In this document: positions 35,853 through 48,814 of the stretch, in pieces
Layout: each line of letters begins with the position of its first letter
Numbering within the stretch: the stretch's first letter is position 1
NCBI GenBank assembly: GCA_030704615.1
Contig: CM060732.1
Span: forward strand, 26,970,001-27,034,000
DNA: 64,000 nucleotides
Direction: 5' to 3'
Source of the DNA: Takakia lepidozioides
Taxonomy: Eukaryota; Plantae; Bryophyta
Notes under the pieces: model-generated
Database searches by the model: none
Seen by the model: the letters and a program-made list of their open reading frames with translations, nothing else
Told to the model about the DNA's origin: nothing
Position numbers and translations under genes: made by a program

Positions 35853-37870
35853 ACAAGAGACACATTTTCAACCAAAAGAGATCGTTCCTAGGGGGGCACA
35901 AACAGTGTGCGGTGCCGCACACTATGTCATGCTGTCATTTTTCCCTGATTCTAGCCTGCATTACACAAACAGTGTGTCGTGCCGCACACTGTATTGTGAT
36001 GCCATGTTTTCAACATTCTACACATCTTCACTTAGGAGAAGGGATAGATTTTCAACCAAAAGAGATTGTTCCAGGGGAGCCCAAACAGTGTGCGGTGCCG
36101 CACACTGTTTTGTGATGTCATTTTGCCCTCATTTTGCCCTGATTCCAGCCTCCTTTACACACCCTTTAAGGCCCTGTTTCCATCATGCATTTCTATATGA
36201 CTCAAACGGGATAAGCAGAGGTGACTGGACTCAAACAGAGGAGCAGGGGGCCTACTTTCAAACGAATACATTAAAAAAAGGGGCCTCTCACAGTGTGCGG
36301 TACCACACACTCTTTCATGCTTCCATCCACAGCACATTGTTTTGTGCTCCTCTTCGTTTTGGTGCCCCTGTTCCGTGCTTCCATTTAGGTGTGTTTGATA
36401 CATGACAGACTGGCCTGGTGTTGTACATTTTGACATCAAAAATTGGCCAAAAAGAGGGGCTGCCGCACGTTGTTTGGTGCTTCGAATTAGGTGTGTTTGG
36501 TACCTGGCAAACACTGCTGGTGAGGTACATTTTGACATTAAAAAAAAAACAAGGAAGATGGGCACAAACAGTGTGTGGTGACGCACACTGTTTCGTGCTT
36601 CCATCTAGGTGTGTTTGGTACCTGGCAAACACTGTTGGTGTGATACATTTTGACATTAAAAAAAAACAAAGAAGAGGGGCACAAACAGTGTGCGGCACCG
36701 CACACTATTTCGTGCTTCCATGTAGGTGTGTTTGATACATGACACACTGGCCTGGTGTGGAACATTTTGACATAAAAAAAAAAACCAAGATGAGGGGCAC
36801 AAATAGTGTGCGGTGCCGCACACTGTTTCGTGCTTCCATGGAGGTGTGTTTGATACCTGCAAGACACTCCTGGAGTGGAGCATTTTTACATCAAAAACAA
36901 GCAAAGAAGAGGGGCACAAACAGTGTGCGGTGCCGCGTACTGTTTTGTGCTTCCATCTTGGTGTGTTTCATACATGACAGACTGACGTTTTGACATAAAA
37001 AAACAAGCAACAAAAGGGGGCACAAACAGTGTGCGGTGCCGCACACTGTTTGGTGCTGCAAATTAGGTGTGTTTGGTACCTGGCAGACACTTTTGGTGTG
37101 GTACATTTTGACATCCAAAAAAACAAAGAAGAGGGGCACAAACAGTGTGCGGCACCGCACATTGTTTCGTGCTTCCATCTAGGTGTGTTTGATACATGAC
37201 AGACTGGCCTGGTGTGGTACATTTTGACATTAAAAAAAAAAAAAACCAAGATGAGGGGCACAAACAGTGTGCGGTGCCGCACACTGTTTCGTGCTTCTAT
37301 GTAGGTGTGTTTGATTCCTGCAAGACACTCCTGGAGTGAAGCATTTTCACATCAAAAACAAGCAAAAGGCACATATAGTGTGCGGTGCCGCACACTGTTT
37401 CGTGCTTCAAATTAGGTGTGTTTGATACCTGCAAGACACTCCAGGAGTGGAGCATTTTCACTTCAAAAACAAGCAAAGAAGAGGGGCACAAACAGTGTGC
37501 GGTGCCACACACTGTTTCGTGCTTCCATTTTTCTATGTTTGAAGTTCTGGGGAACTGATATAGATAGTGACATCTTACACCAGCAAACCCTAAACAACTT
37601 TCAAGACCTACAGCAACAGTGTGCGGCACATCACAGTGGTTTCAACTTGCACATATTTCAGCTTGCCACCGTTTCGAACCAATTTGAAGGGTCAGAAACA
37701 GTGTGTGGTGGCGCACACTGCTTCAAGCTTCCATCTCACTTTAAAATTCACTGTCAGAGGGGAGACAGACAGTGTGCGGCACCGCACTCTCTCTCGTGCA
37801 TCCACAATCCTCTGCATACACACGGAGCATACAGATTGTGCGGCACCGCACACTGGGCCAGCATAACATG
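35853..37870. repeat. Array of AACAGTGTGCGGYRCCGCACACTGTT palindromes, ~106-122-bp period
   Basis: Units at ~36568, 36684, 36802, 36919, 37025, 37141, 37263, 37377 and 37491, plus looser copies on both sides. Shared flanks GAGGGGCACA and TCGTGCTTCCAT..AGGTGTGTTTG. Confidence 0.93.
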
Positions 37871-38749
37871 AAGCAAAACAAAAGGTGGCAGTGAACAACA
37901 CTTGTTCCTTTCTTTGTGCTGCATTGGATGTCTCTCCAGTCGCAGGAGACCCTTTGCGCTTGGGACTGCTGTCTACGCCGAGCATGTTCTGGAGCATCTC
38001 CTCCATCCTCTTTTCCACTATCTGCTTCTTCATGAGGCCAGCATCAACATCCTCTTTGGCATCCGTCTCTCCCTCGGATGCAGTCTCCTCCTGACCCGTT
38101 CTCGGCAGTATGGGGGGCTGTTATTCCTCTCCAAAATCCTGCTCTTGCATCGCCAATCTTTCCTCATTGCCCTCTTCTTCCTCCTTTCTCTCTTTCCAAC
38201 CTCATTCTATCTTTGGCTCTCTTCCTGTCCCTAGTGCTGGTAAAGTACAGCGACTTCCTTCTCTTCTTCCTCCGCTGGAAACAAACGCTCCCCACGCTGC
38301 CTCTAGAGGTCTCCAGTTTGACGTTTGCAACAACGGTTGCTTTGGCATGTATCGAAAATACAATTTGGACATTGTTAACCATATTTGGATGCGAGTGTCA
38401 TCATTGTGTGCGAACGGAATTCATCCATTTCTCAGCCTCTCGATCACCCAAGAAACTAAGTGGTGGCACTTCAATTGCCGTTCCGTCTATGTCAGATGTA
38501 CTTCGCCGGCTGCCAGTATACGAAAGGCTTTTTGCATTCATGGAAATTGAGAAGTGCCGTAAAAAACTGTCGCAAGTCGAATTTTGAACAGTACTTGCAC
38601 ATTGGCAATAATTGTGATGCTTCACATATGCATCCACGTATGTTGTACTGCCTATCCTGCAATTTACATTTTGCCGTCACCGGTGCAATGCAGTGATTTC
38701 GGTATAAAGCTTGGTGTCGGCAATCGTAATGTGTTGCGCACCTTCGTGC

Positions 38750-40236
38750 CAAGTGTCCCCCCTGAGTGTCAGTGTTTGTGTTTTGCTCTTCTGGCACAGC
38801 ACAAACAAATTTGATTCGGGGTTTCCTGTTTATTGGACTCCTGGGGTCGTTGCCGTCTTTCCATAATGGATGGCTTCATATCCTGTGCACGGTTTGCTTT
38901 TTATCCAAACACAATACAACTTCTTGCCCACAGTCATTGGGACTGTGCTACCCTTATTCACCTCAGTTCGTTTGAGGTGGATCCTCGCTTTACTGTTGTT
39001 CTATTTCTATGTTCCATTGGCTATGATTGTTTTCTGGTTCATTCTTGCATTCGAATTGTTTTGCAGTTGGAGGAAAGGGCCCAGTCTGTTCTACATACGC
39101 AGCTGGCTGACTATGACCATGACAGCACCGAAGGTCACCTTCCAAGCATACATGCGGAAATGAAGAGCCATAGTGTGGCAATCTTGTTTCTTCAGGGAGT
39201 TTAACAAGGAGGGTGGCATCAGTCGAACAAATGAGATTGACCAGCAAAAGAAAGGAGAAGAAGCCTGGAAACGATGCCTTTACAGGTGCGAAATGGACTA
39301 TGCTTCTTTGTTTTGCAAAGACACACTCTCCTCCATCCAACCTATTTTGTGCTGGCTCATATGAGTGTGCGGTGCCATATCCTCATTTGTTCTATCCGTG
39401 TGTAGTAACACCAACGTGCCCACCCTGGGCCCTTCAGGCTATTTTGTGTGCAGTGGTTACAGTGTGCGGTGCCGCATACTTTTTTTGGGGGTCTTCGTGA
39501 TGTGGTAGAAAAGCTAGGAGACAATAGTTGCATTGCATAATGAGGTTGTATTTGTGCCTGCAGGTACATAAAGTATGTTCTCATGGCAAAGAACTGCTTG
39601 GACAAACATCCTGATGTCGTGGACCTTTGGCTTGTTCCTACTGGCAACCACACCATGTTTACTACAGAGATCTTGCAGGGCTGGGGCCTAGACCATCTTT
39701 CTGCCTGTGGTTGGTATTTGGATTGCCCTGTTTCTGAGACCCCAGCGCAGGAGGTGTCTTTGAGGAGAGAGAATGAGCATGTGGCAGCTACCGCCACACC
39801 TGCCGACCTCGAGATTCATGATAGAAATTTGAGGACACTTGCAGAGAAGGAGCCTCCTGCTTAGGATACCCCGGGTAAAGGTAGAAAGGCAAAGGGAAAG
39901 GATGTTGCTGTTGCTGGGGGGAAAAGAAGGGGTAGGAGGAAGGGAGCGCAGGGGCAGGTAGGTGGGCAGGGAAGTGCTGCAGAAACTGGCCCTGCGGCGG
40001 ATGTCCAGCCGACCAAAGAGACTCCACCGCATGGTAGGGGATCCAGGAGAAAGAACAAGGGGGTGGTTGATCCTAAGGACCCGTACCATGCAATGGAGCA
40101 TCCCACGAGGGTTATTCGCCCTACCAAGTTGGAGATGGCCAACGTCAGATTCCTTGCCATGATGGAGTCCAAGAAATCTGATTACAAGGGTGATCCATCA
40201 CCAGTGTGGGAGAGGATTGTGGAGTTCCTCGGCACG
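38750..40236 (+). pseudogene. ParB-MTase family, copy C (central exons), interrupted just before the MTase catalytic motif
   Basis: Acceptor GCAG|G then YIKYVL..W.VP....FTTE....W...HLSACGWYLD matches GCAG|G YMKYVL..W.V......YTPE....W...HLVECPWYLD of copy B, at the same intron position. LEMANVRFLAMME resembles VQCVNESFLAALD, and WERIVEFL resembles FLKMVSFF. Confidence 0.7.
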
Positions 40237-40283
40237 GTGCGTGTTGTCTTTTGCTTCTTGTGTGTTGTGGGCATGGTTCGTTT

Positions 40284-41540
40284 CACTACAGGAAAATGGG
40301 GGCTTTTGCAACACCCGAGCCACACCGCATCATCGGGAAAACGCCCATTTCGGGCACGGGGCAGGCGCCGTATTTGTGACGCCCGGCAGTCGCATGGGCG
40401 TCGCCAAAATGACGTCACAAAAATGCAACGTATGGGGGTCGCGAGCCCCCGCCCCAACTCCCGCGACTGTCGGACGTTGCTTTTCAGGCCGTCCACGCCG
40501 ATGGCAGGGGCCTCCTTCGAGCGACGTCTCACCGTCGCGGACCTCTAGCCGACGGCGTTGGTGGGGGCGACGGCGCGGCGTCACATCCCTTTTTTTTTCT
40601 AACCTGCCCGGGAGTCCCATCCTAAAACCCAAAACACGTGGCGTAAGCCGGGTGGTACGCCAAGCGACGCCAGTGCGTCGCTGCAAGCGACTATTGGGCG
40701 TGGCAAAAAAAAACAGTAGGAGCAGAAGTCAGGCTCCGCTCGGGCGTGGGTTTTTGCGACGCTTTGGCGTCTCTTTTTAATATTTAATCAAAAAAATAAA
40801 AGACGTGGCGTAGGCAGGGTGGCAGGCTCCGCGACGCCAGGGCGTCGCGGCTTGCGACCCTCGGACCAAAAAAACACGTCGCAGGGGGTGTCGGGCGTTG
40901 CCGCCCACAAATGGGATCGGCGACGCTTGAACGTCGCGGCTTGCAACCCCCGCCCAAAAAGCACGTCGCCAATGGCGACGTCCTGCAGTCGCAAGGGCAA
41001 CCTAGTGGGGAGGGGTTTGGGGTTGATTTTGGGAGTGAATTGGGGGTGGTTTTTGTTTTTTGCCTGGTTTTGTTTTTGGGGATGGGAGACCTTACAGCTT
41101 CTATTTCTCTGATTTAGCAGGTACACATTTGAGCAAGCATGAATTGAGGGTGAGGACGGTGCGACACATGAATAAGATGGAAGATGGAAAGATGGAAGTA
41201 TATTTACAGGAAATGAGCTGAAAAGCTCACAAGGGTTCAGTAGGCTGACCCTGGGACCTACATGGACTAGGACTAGTCATCCTCATCCTCATCCTCAGTG
41301 GAGGACTCAGAGCTATCCAATGAGCCTGCGGACTCCGCGCCCTTTGTCAAAGCACCTAAATGAGGCGGCGTTCCCCTAAGTCCCACAGAGCTCTCATCCA
41401 ATCCCTGGCCATGACCCCCGACCTCATCCATACTAGTGCCTTGTAATGCACTCATCCCCTCCGTGTTGGCCATGTTCTTCATGAGGGATTGCCAACCATG
41501 CTCCTTGGCGTAGTTGTACTCGTGATTCGGGGGGCACATT
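40284..41540 (-). mobile_element. One end of a second CACTA element, with a gene 3' remnant
   Basis: Begins CACTACAGGAAAATGGGGGCTTTTGCAACAC, followed by ~700 bp of GC-rich GCGACG/CGTCGC subterminal motifs and a short acidic minus-strand ORF end (41273-41539). Partner TIR not found in the window. Confidence 0.65.
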
Positions 41541-41629
41541 TGCTGACGTGTGTTTCACAAAAACAGATAAAGAATTTGTGGCCTTGGGGGAATAGATATT
41601 TTAATATGTACTGCCTCCACTTGGAAGTG

Positions 41630-44600
41630 ACATGGAAGGTCCATGGTGACATCGTGAAAGCTGGAATTGTAGGGTTTGTCGTTCTGAACACCGCCCTGGT
41701 GGACATGTATGCCGAATACGGGAGCATTGAAGATGCGAAGGTAGTGTTCGATTGTGGCTCAACGAGATGTGGTGTCGTGGAGTGCGATGATCGCATTGGC
41801 AGCAAGGCAAGGATGTATGCATGATTTGTGCAGAGGCAGTGATAGCTGAAGGAGCATGATAGAGTGTGTGTCCATATTCATCCAAGAGGGTCGGATTTCA
41901 AGCTCCAGATTACCTATGGATCCCTGTGGAAGGATAGCTACAAGAAACCTCCATGGGTAGATGGTTAGCTGGAAGCGAGCTATAGCGGCACAGTTGATAA
42001 AATCAGGCACCTCAACCATGACCACAGCTTCTGGAAGAGGATCAAGAGAGGGAGTCCACAATGCCTCTTCTGGCACTTATGGGCATGTGAAGATGCTTTA
42101 TGAGGCAGGCAGACTGAAAGAGGCTCTACAGATTTTAAACCAAAGAGGCATTTCAGCAGATGTAGATATGTATGTGTGTCTCTTGCATAAGTGCATCAAG
42201 ATGAAAGGCCTAGAAGTTGGAAAGCAAGTGCACACTCACATTGTCCAAAGTGGATTCACGCCGAACGTTTTTCTACTCAACAACCTTGTCAACGTGTATG
42301 TTAAGGGGAGCATCATGGACGATCACCAAGTGTTCAACACAGAATGCCTCAACGATCTTTGATCACGTGGAATATAATGTTGGCAGGATTACCAAGCATG
42401 GGCGTGGTACGAATGCTTTGGAGACCTGTGAGCAAATGATGCGCGAAGGGCTGAAGCCCAACCACATCGCGTTTGTATGTGTTTGCAATGCGTGTGCAAG
42501 CCTGGAAAAGGGGAACGAGGTCCATGGTGACATCGGTCAAAGCTGGAATTGCACCGGATGTCATTCTGAACACTGCCCTGACCTGGACATGTATGCCAAA
42601 TGTGGATGCATTGAGGATGCAAAGGGAGTTTTTGACACTATGGCTGAACAAGATGTGGTGTTGTGGAGTGCAATGCTTGCAGGGTATGCACAACAGGGAC
42701 GTGGGATGGAGGCTTTGGAGACCTATGATCCAATGATGGGGGAGGGGGTGAAGCCCGGCCACTTTGTGTGCATTTGCAATGCTTGTGCAAGCCTGGCAGC
42801 CCTGGACAAGGGCAAAGAGGTGCATGGGGATATCATTAAAGCTGGAATTGTACCAAATGTCATTCTGAACACTGCCCTGGCAGCTCTGGAAAAGGGGAAA
42901 GAGGTCCATGGCGACATCTTCAGAGCTGGAATTGTACCAAATGTCAGTCTGAACCATACCTTGGTGGACATGTATGCGAAATGTGGGTGCATCGAGCCTG
43001 GACGAGGGCAAAGAGGTGCATGGGGTATCATCAAAGCTGGAATTGTACCAAATGTCATTATGAGCACTGCCCTGGCAGCTCTGGAAAAAGGGGAAAGAGT
43101 CCATGGCGACATCTTCAGAGCTGGAATTGTACCAAATGTCATTCTGAACCATATACTGGTGGACATGTATGCAAAATGTGGATGCATTGAGCCCTGGACA
43201 AGGGCAAAGCGGTGCATGGGGTATCATCAAAGCTGGAATTGTACCAAATGTCATTATGAACACTGCCCTGGCAGCTCTGGAAAAGGGGAAAGAGGTCCAT
43301 GGCGGCATCTTCAGAGCTGGAATTGTACCAAATGTCATTCTGAACCATACCCTGGTGGACATGTTTTGCAAAATGTGGGTGCAAAGGGATCTAGGATCTA
43401 GGATGCAAAGGGAGTGTTCAACACTAGGGCTGAACGAGATGTGGTGTCATGGAGTGCAAGGGTATGCACGGCAGGGACGTGGGATGGAGGCTTTGGAGAG
43501 CTATGAGCAAATGATGGGGGAAGCACATCATGTTTGTGTGCATTTGCAATGCTTGTGCAAGCCTGGCAGCCGGCCTGGAGAAGGGCAAGAGGTGCATGGG
43601 GATATCATCAAAGTTGGAATTGTGCCAAATGTCAATCTGAACACTGCCCTGGCAGCTTTGGAAAAGGGGAAAGAGGTCCATGGCGACATCTTCAGAGTTG
43701 GAATTGTACCAGATGTCATTCTGAACAAAACCCTGGTGAACATGTTTGCAAAATGTGGGTGCATCTAGGATGCAAAGGGAGTGTTCGAGACTGTGGCTGA
43801 ACGAGATGTGGTGTCATGGAGTGCGATGCTTGCAGGGTATGCATGGCAGGGACGTGGGATGGAGGCTTTGGAGAGCTATGAGCAAAGGATGGGGGAAGCA
43901 CATCATGTTTGTGTGCATTTGCAATGTGTGTGCAAGCCTGGCAGCCCTGGAGAAGGGCAAGAGGTGCATGGGGACATCATCAAAGCTCGAATTGTGCCAA
44001 ATGTCAATCTGAACACTGCCTTGGCAGCTTCGGAAATGGGGAAAGATGTGCATGGCAACATCTTCAGAGTTGGAATTGTACCAGATGACATTCTGAACAA
44101 TACCCTGTTGAACATGTTTGCAAAATGTGGGTGCATCTAGGATGCAAAGGGAGTGTTCGACACTATGGCTGAACGAGATGTGGTGTCGTGGAGTGCAATG
44201 CTTGCAGGGTATGCACAACAGGGACTTGGGATGGAGGCTTTGCAGAGCTATGAGCAATGGAAGCACATCATGTTTGTGTGCATTTGCAATGCTTGTGCAA
44301 ACCTAGCAGCCGGCCTGGAGAAGGGCAAAGAGGTGCATGGGGATATCATCAAAGCTGGAATTGTACCAAATGTCAATCTGAGCACTGCCCTGGCAGCTTT
44401 GGAAAAGGGGAAAGAGGTCCACATGTCGCCTTCAGAGCTGGAATTGTACCAAGGTGAATGCCTGTCAGATTACCACATGCAAAGAGGTGCATGGTTGCAT
44501 CGCCAAAGGCAGCAGCTGCAGGGGCACAGTTGTTAAAGTCAGGCACCTCAACCATGACCACAACTTCTAGAAGAGGATCAAGAGAGGGAGTCCACAATGC

Positions 44601-47600
44601 CTCTTCTGGCACTTATGGGCATGTGAAGATGCTTTGTGAGGCAGGCAGACTGAAAGAGGCTCTACTGACTTTAAACCAAGGAGGCATTTCAGCAGATTCA
44701 GATATGTATCTCTATCTCTTGCATAAGTGCATCAAGATGAAAGGCCAAGTGAAGCTAGAAAGTAGGTGCATACTCACATTATCCAAAGTGCACGCCAAAT
44801 ATTTTTCTACTCAACACCCTTGTCAACATGTATGTTATGTGCGGGAGCATCATGGATGCTCACCAAGTGTTCAACAGAATGCCTCAACGATCTTTCATCA
44901 CGTGGAACACGATGCTTGCAGGGTGTGCTCAGCAGGGGCGTGGTATGGAGGCCTTGGAGAATGTGGTGAGGGCACCTTCTTCTTCGACCTATTTCAGCCT
45001 GTTTTTCCCTCTCATCAGACTCAGCCCTGAATTTACATATTGAATTGTCAAGGACAATGTGGTGAGGGCACCTTCTTCTTCGACCTATTTCAGCCTGTTT
45101 TGCCCTCTCATCAGACTCGGCCCTGAGATGCAAATTGAATTCTGTAAGTTAGCTCGTTGGGTGGATCTGTGGTGGTTTGGAATGACTATGACAAGTAACT
45201 GCCGATGTGGCAGGAAAGTATCCAAAACAGATAACAAAGATGAGGAGAAGGTGTGGAATGAATACTTTGTTGACCCCAGTGAATGGTGGAACAACCGAGG
45301 CAAAAAGTTGAATGCCTATTAGATGACAGAGAGTAACAGACGCAATTCAGCATAGGAACTAGTGTGATTGGGTGTTTCCTAGGTTGTCATTGTCAGCTGC
45401 TAGCAGCAAGGGCAAAGATGAATGCATGATTTGTGCAGAGGCATGGATAGCTGAAGGAGAAGGGATAGAGTGTGGGTCCAGATTCATCCAAGAGGGCCGG
45501 ACTTCAAGCTCCAGATTACCTGTGATTCCATGTGGATCAATAGCTACAAGAAACCTAAATGGGTACATGGTCAACTAAAGGCAATAGCTGCAGCGGCACA
45601 GTTGATAAAATCAGGCACGTCCTCAACCATGACCGCAGCTTCTGAAAGAGGATCAAGAGAGGGAGTCCACAATGCCTTTTATGCGGGGCATGTGAAGATG
45701 CTTTGTGAGCAGACTGACTGACAAAGGCTCTAGGTCTGGAAGCTGGAATCAGGTGCACACTCACATTATCCAAAGTGGATTCATGCCAAATGTTTTTTCT
45801 ACTCAACACCCTTGTCAACATGTATGTTAAGTGCGGGAGCATCATGGATGCTCGCCAAGATTTCTACAGAATGCCTCAGCGATCTTTGATCATGTGGAAT
45901 ATAATGTTGGGAGGATTTACCAAACATGGGTGTGGTAGGAATGCTTTGGCGACCTATAAGCAAATGTTGCGCAGAGGGGTGAAGCCCAACCACATCACGC
46001 TTCCGCATGTTTGCAATGCATGTGCAAGCCTGGGACCTCTGGAAAAGGGGAAAGAGGTCCACGGTGACATTGTCAAAGCTGGAATTGTACCAGATGTCAT
46101 CCTGAACACTCCCCTAGTGGACGTCTATGCCAAATGTGGGTGCATTAAGGATGAAAAAGGAAGTTTTCAACACTATGGCTGAACCAAATGTGGTGTCATG
46201 GAACGCGATGCTTGCAGGGTATGCACAGCAGGGACATGGTATAAAGGCTTTGGAGACCTATGATCAAATGATGGGGGAAGGGGGGGGCACCTTCTTCAAT
46301 AGCACAACGGCTACAAGTGGGTAGATGGTCAACTGGAAACAGCAATGGCAGCAGCACAATTGATAGAACAAGGACCACTGCTAATGAAGGTACCTTCTTC
46401 AACATATTTCACCCTATTTTCCCCTGCTATCAGAGTCATCCCTAAATTTTCATGTTGAATTCTACAAGTTAGCGCGTTGGTGGATCTATGGTGGTGTTGG
46501 AGTGATTTTGACATGTTACTGCCAATGTGGTCGACAGGAAAGTATCAAAAAACAGATAATAGAGATGTGGAGAAGCTCTGGAATGAATACAGTTCCGACC
46601 CCAGTCAATGGTGGAAGTTGGAACAATCCAGGCAAAAAGGTGAATGTCTGTTGGAAGCATATGCAAGTCAGCATAGGAACTAGTGTGATAAGTAGGGTTG
46701 GGGTGTTTGCTGGAACAATTCTAGAGTGTTATTGTCAGCTGCTAGCATCAAGGCAAGGATGTATGCATGATTTGTGCAGAGGCATGGATAGCTGAAGGAG
46801 CAGGGAGCAGTGTGGGTCCAGATTCATCCAAGAGGGCTGGATTTCAAGCTCCAGATCGCCTACAATTCCCTGTGGAAGCAGCACACACCTCGCACACACA
46901 AGAGGTCCTCTTGGGTGCATGGTCAGAGTAATCCTCCATGGGTCATGACACAAGGTCGAGGACAATGTGGTGAGGGCACCTTCTTCTTCGACCTATTTCA
47001 GCCTATTTTTCCCTCTCATCAGACCCAACCCTGAATTTACATATTGAATGCTGTAAGTTAGCTCGTTGGGTGGTTTGGAATGACTTTGACAAGTTACAAC
47101 TAATGTGGCAGCAGGAAAGTACCCAAAAACAGATAACAAGATGAAGAGAAGCTTTGGGATGAACACTTTCCGACCCCAGTCAGTGGGGGGACAATGGAGA
47201 CAAAAAGGTGAGTGCTTGTTCGACTACAGAGAGAAGCAATTGCAATTCAGACTTGGAACTACTGCTAAGTCCTAGGTTGGGGTGTTTTCTGGAAGAACTT
47301 CACGCCGTCACTGTCAGCTGCTAGTAGCAAGGCTGAGGGATGTATTCATGATCTGTACACAGGCAGGGATAGCTGAGGGACCAGGGATAGAGGTCCAGAT
47401 TCATGTTCAGGTTCAGGCTGAGGGATCAATAGCTAAAAGAAATCAGCTGGAGTAGATGGTCAATTGTTGCAAGTGGAAACAGTAGCGGCAGCACAATTGA
47501 TAGAATGAGGTGCTGCTAATGAAGGCACCTTCCTCAACACATTTTAGCCTGTTTTTCCAAATAGGGTTGGGGTGTAAGAACAAATCTAGGCTGTCATCAT

Positions 47601-48255
47601 CAGCTGCTAGCAGCAAGACAATGATATAATCATGATTTGTGCAGAGGCATAGATAGTTGAAGGAGCAGGGATAGAGTGTAGGTGCAGATTCACCCAATAG
47701 GGCTGGGCTTCAAGCTCCAGATTGACTCTATAGCTACAACAAACCTGCATGGGTAGATGGTCATCTGGCAGCAGCGGCATAATTTATAAAATCAGACACT
47801 GCTAATGAAGGCATCTTATTCAACACATTTCACCTTGTTTTTCCCTCTAATCAGAATCGGCCCTAAATTTCCATGTTGAATTCTGCAAGTTAGCTGGTTG
47901 AGTGAATCTAGTTTGGAGTGACTTTGACATGATACTGCCAATGTGACAACAGGAAAGTTTCAAAAAACAAGTAACAGTGATGAGGAGAAGTTGTGGAATG
48001 AATACCATTCTGCCTCAGTCAATGATGGGACAACCAAGGCAAAAAGGTGAATGCTTGTTACATTTCATAGACTAGCAGATGCATTCAGCATAGGAACTAG
48101 TGTGAGAAGTTGAGTTGGATGTTTCCTAGAATAAATCTAAGCTATCATTGTCAGCTACTAGCAGGCGAGGCAAGGATGAATGCATGATTTGTGCAGAGGC
48201 ATGTGTAGCTGAAGGAGCAAAGAGAGTGTGAGTCCAGATTCATCCAAGAGGCCAC
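41630..48255 (+). pseudogene. Large array of degenerate OSB-PDF motif and PLS-class PPR fragments (array 2)
   Basis: LYEAGRLKEALQIL..MYVCLLHKCIKMKGLEVGKQVHTHIVQSGFTPNVFLLNNLVNVYVK; DMYAKCGCIEDAKGVFDTMAEQDVVLWSAMLAGYAQQG; several copies of EEKxWNEYFxDPSxWWxNRGKK and HPRGPDFKL. Pervasive frameshifts; no E/DYW domain seen. Confidence 0.9.
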
Positions 48256-48814
48256 ATGCCATTGGGCCCCTCATTGACCACGAGATCACGGTCGCAAGCT
48301 CTGGCAATTGGCAGTGCAAATCAGGCCACAACATCAAATTCCACCTCCTCGGACAGTGACGACTAGGCTTTGAATGACTGGCAGCATAGTACATATACAA
48401 TATGCATTTTTGTTGTACCTTGAATATTGTTGGAAAACACAGTGATGGCATTCCGCCAAGTTTGTATATCACCAATTTTGTTAATACACAATGCACATGT
48501 GCGGCACCTGCCAATTTCAATTGCATGAGCAGCGTTTTCTTCACATTTACACTCGTGTGATGGGGAAGAAGTAGTTCACCCTGTAAACAAATTTACAATG
48601 GTGTTATATTTGGTCATGACGTGTATATGGGTATTTGCAATGAACTCCAAAAGCTGGAGAACAAGGAAAATTGATGTTAACAAATAAGTTATAACGAGTT
48701 ACGAACGGTCCTCTTCCAAACAAATTTCGCCTGGTCTGTGCGTATTTCATAATCATTTCGCAAAATCTATGATCTTTCTACGAAAATACCCACAAAGTTC
48801 TCAAAGCACAAAAT

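Noticed and set aside
35813-37871. ORFs in the second palindrome array
   Set aside because: Repeat-derived translations.
42217-43401. 394-aa ORF as a functional PPR gene
   Set aside because: It drifts in and out of the PPR frame, contains truncated and duplicated motifs, and shares lesions with the pseudogene arrays.
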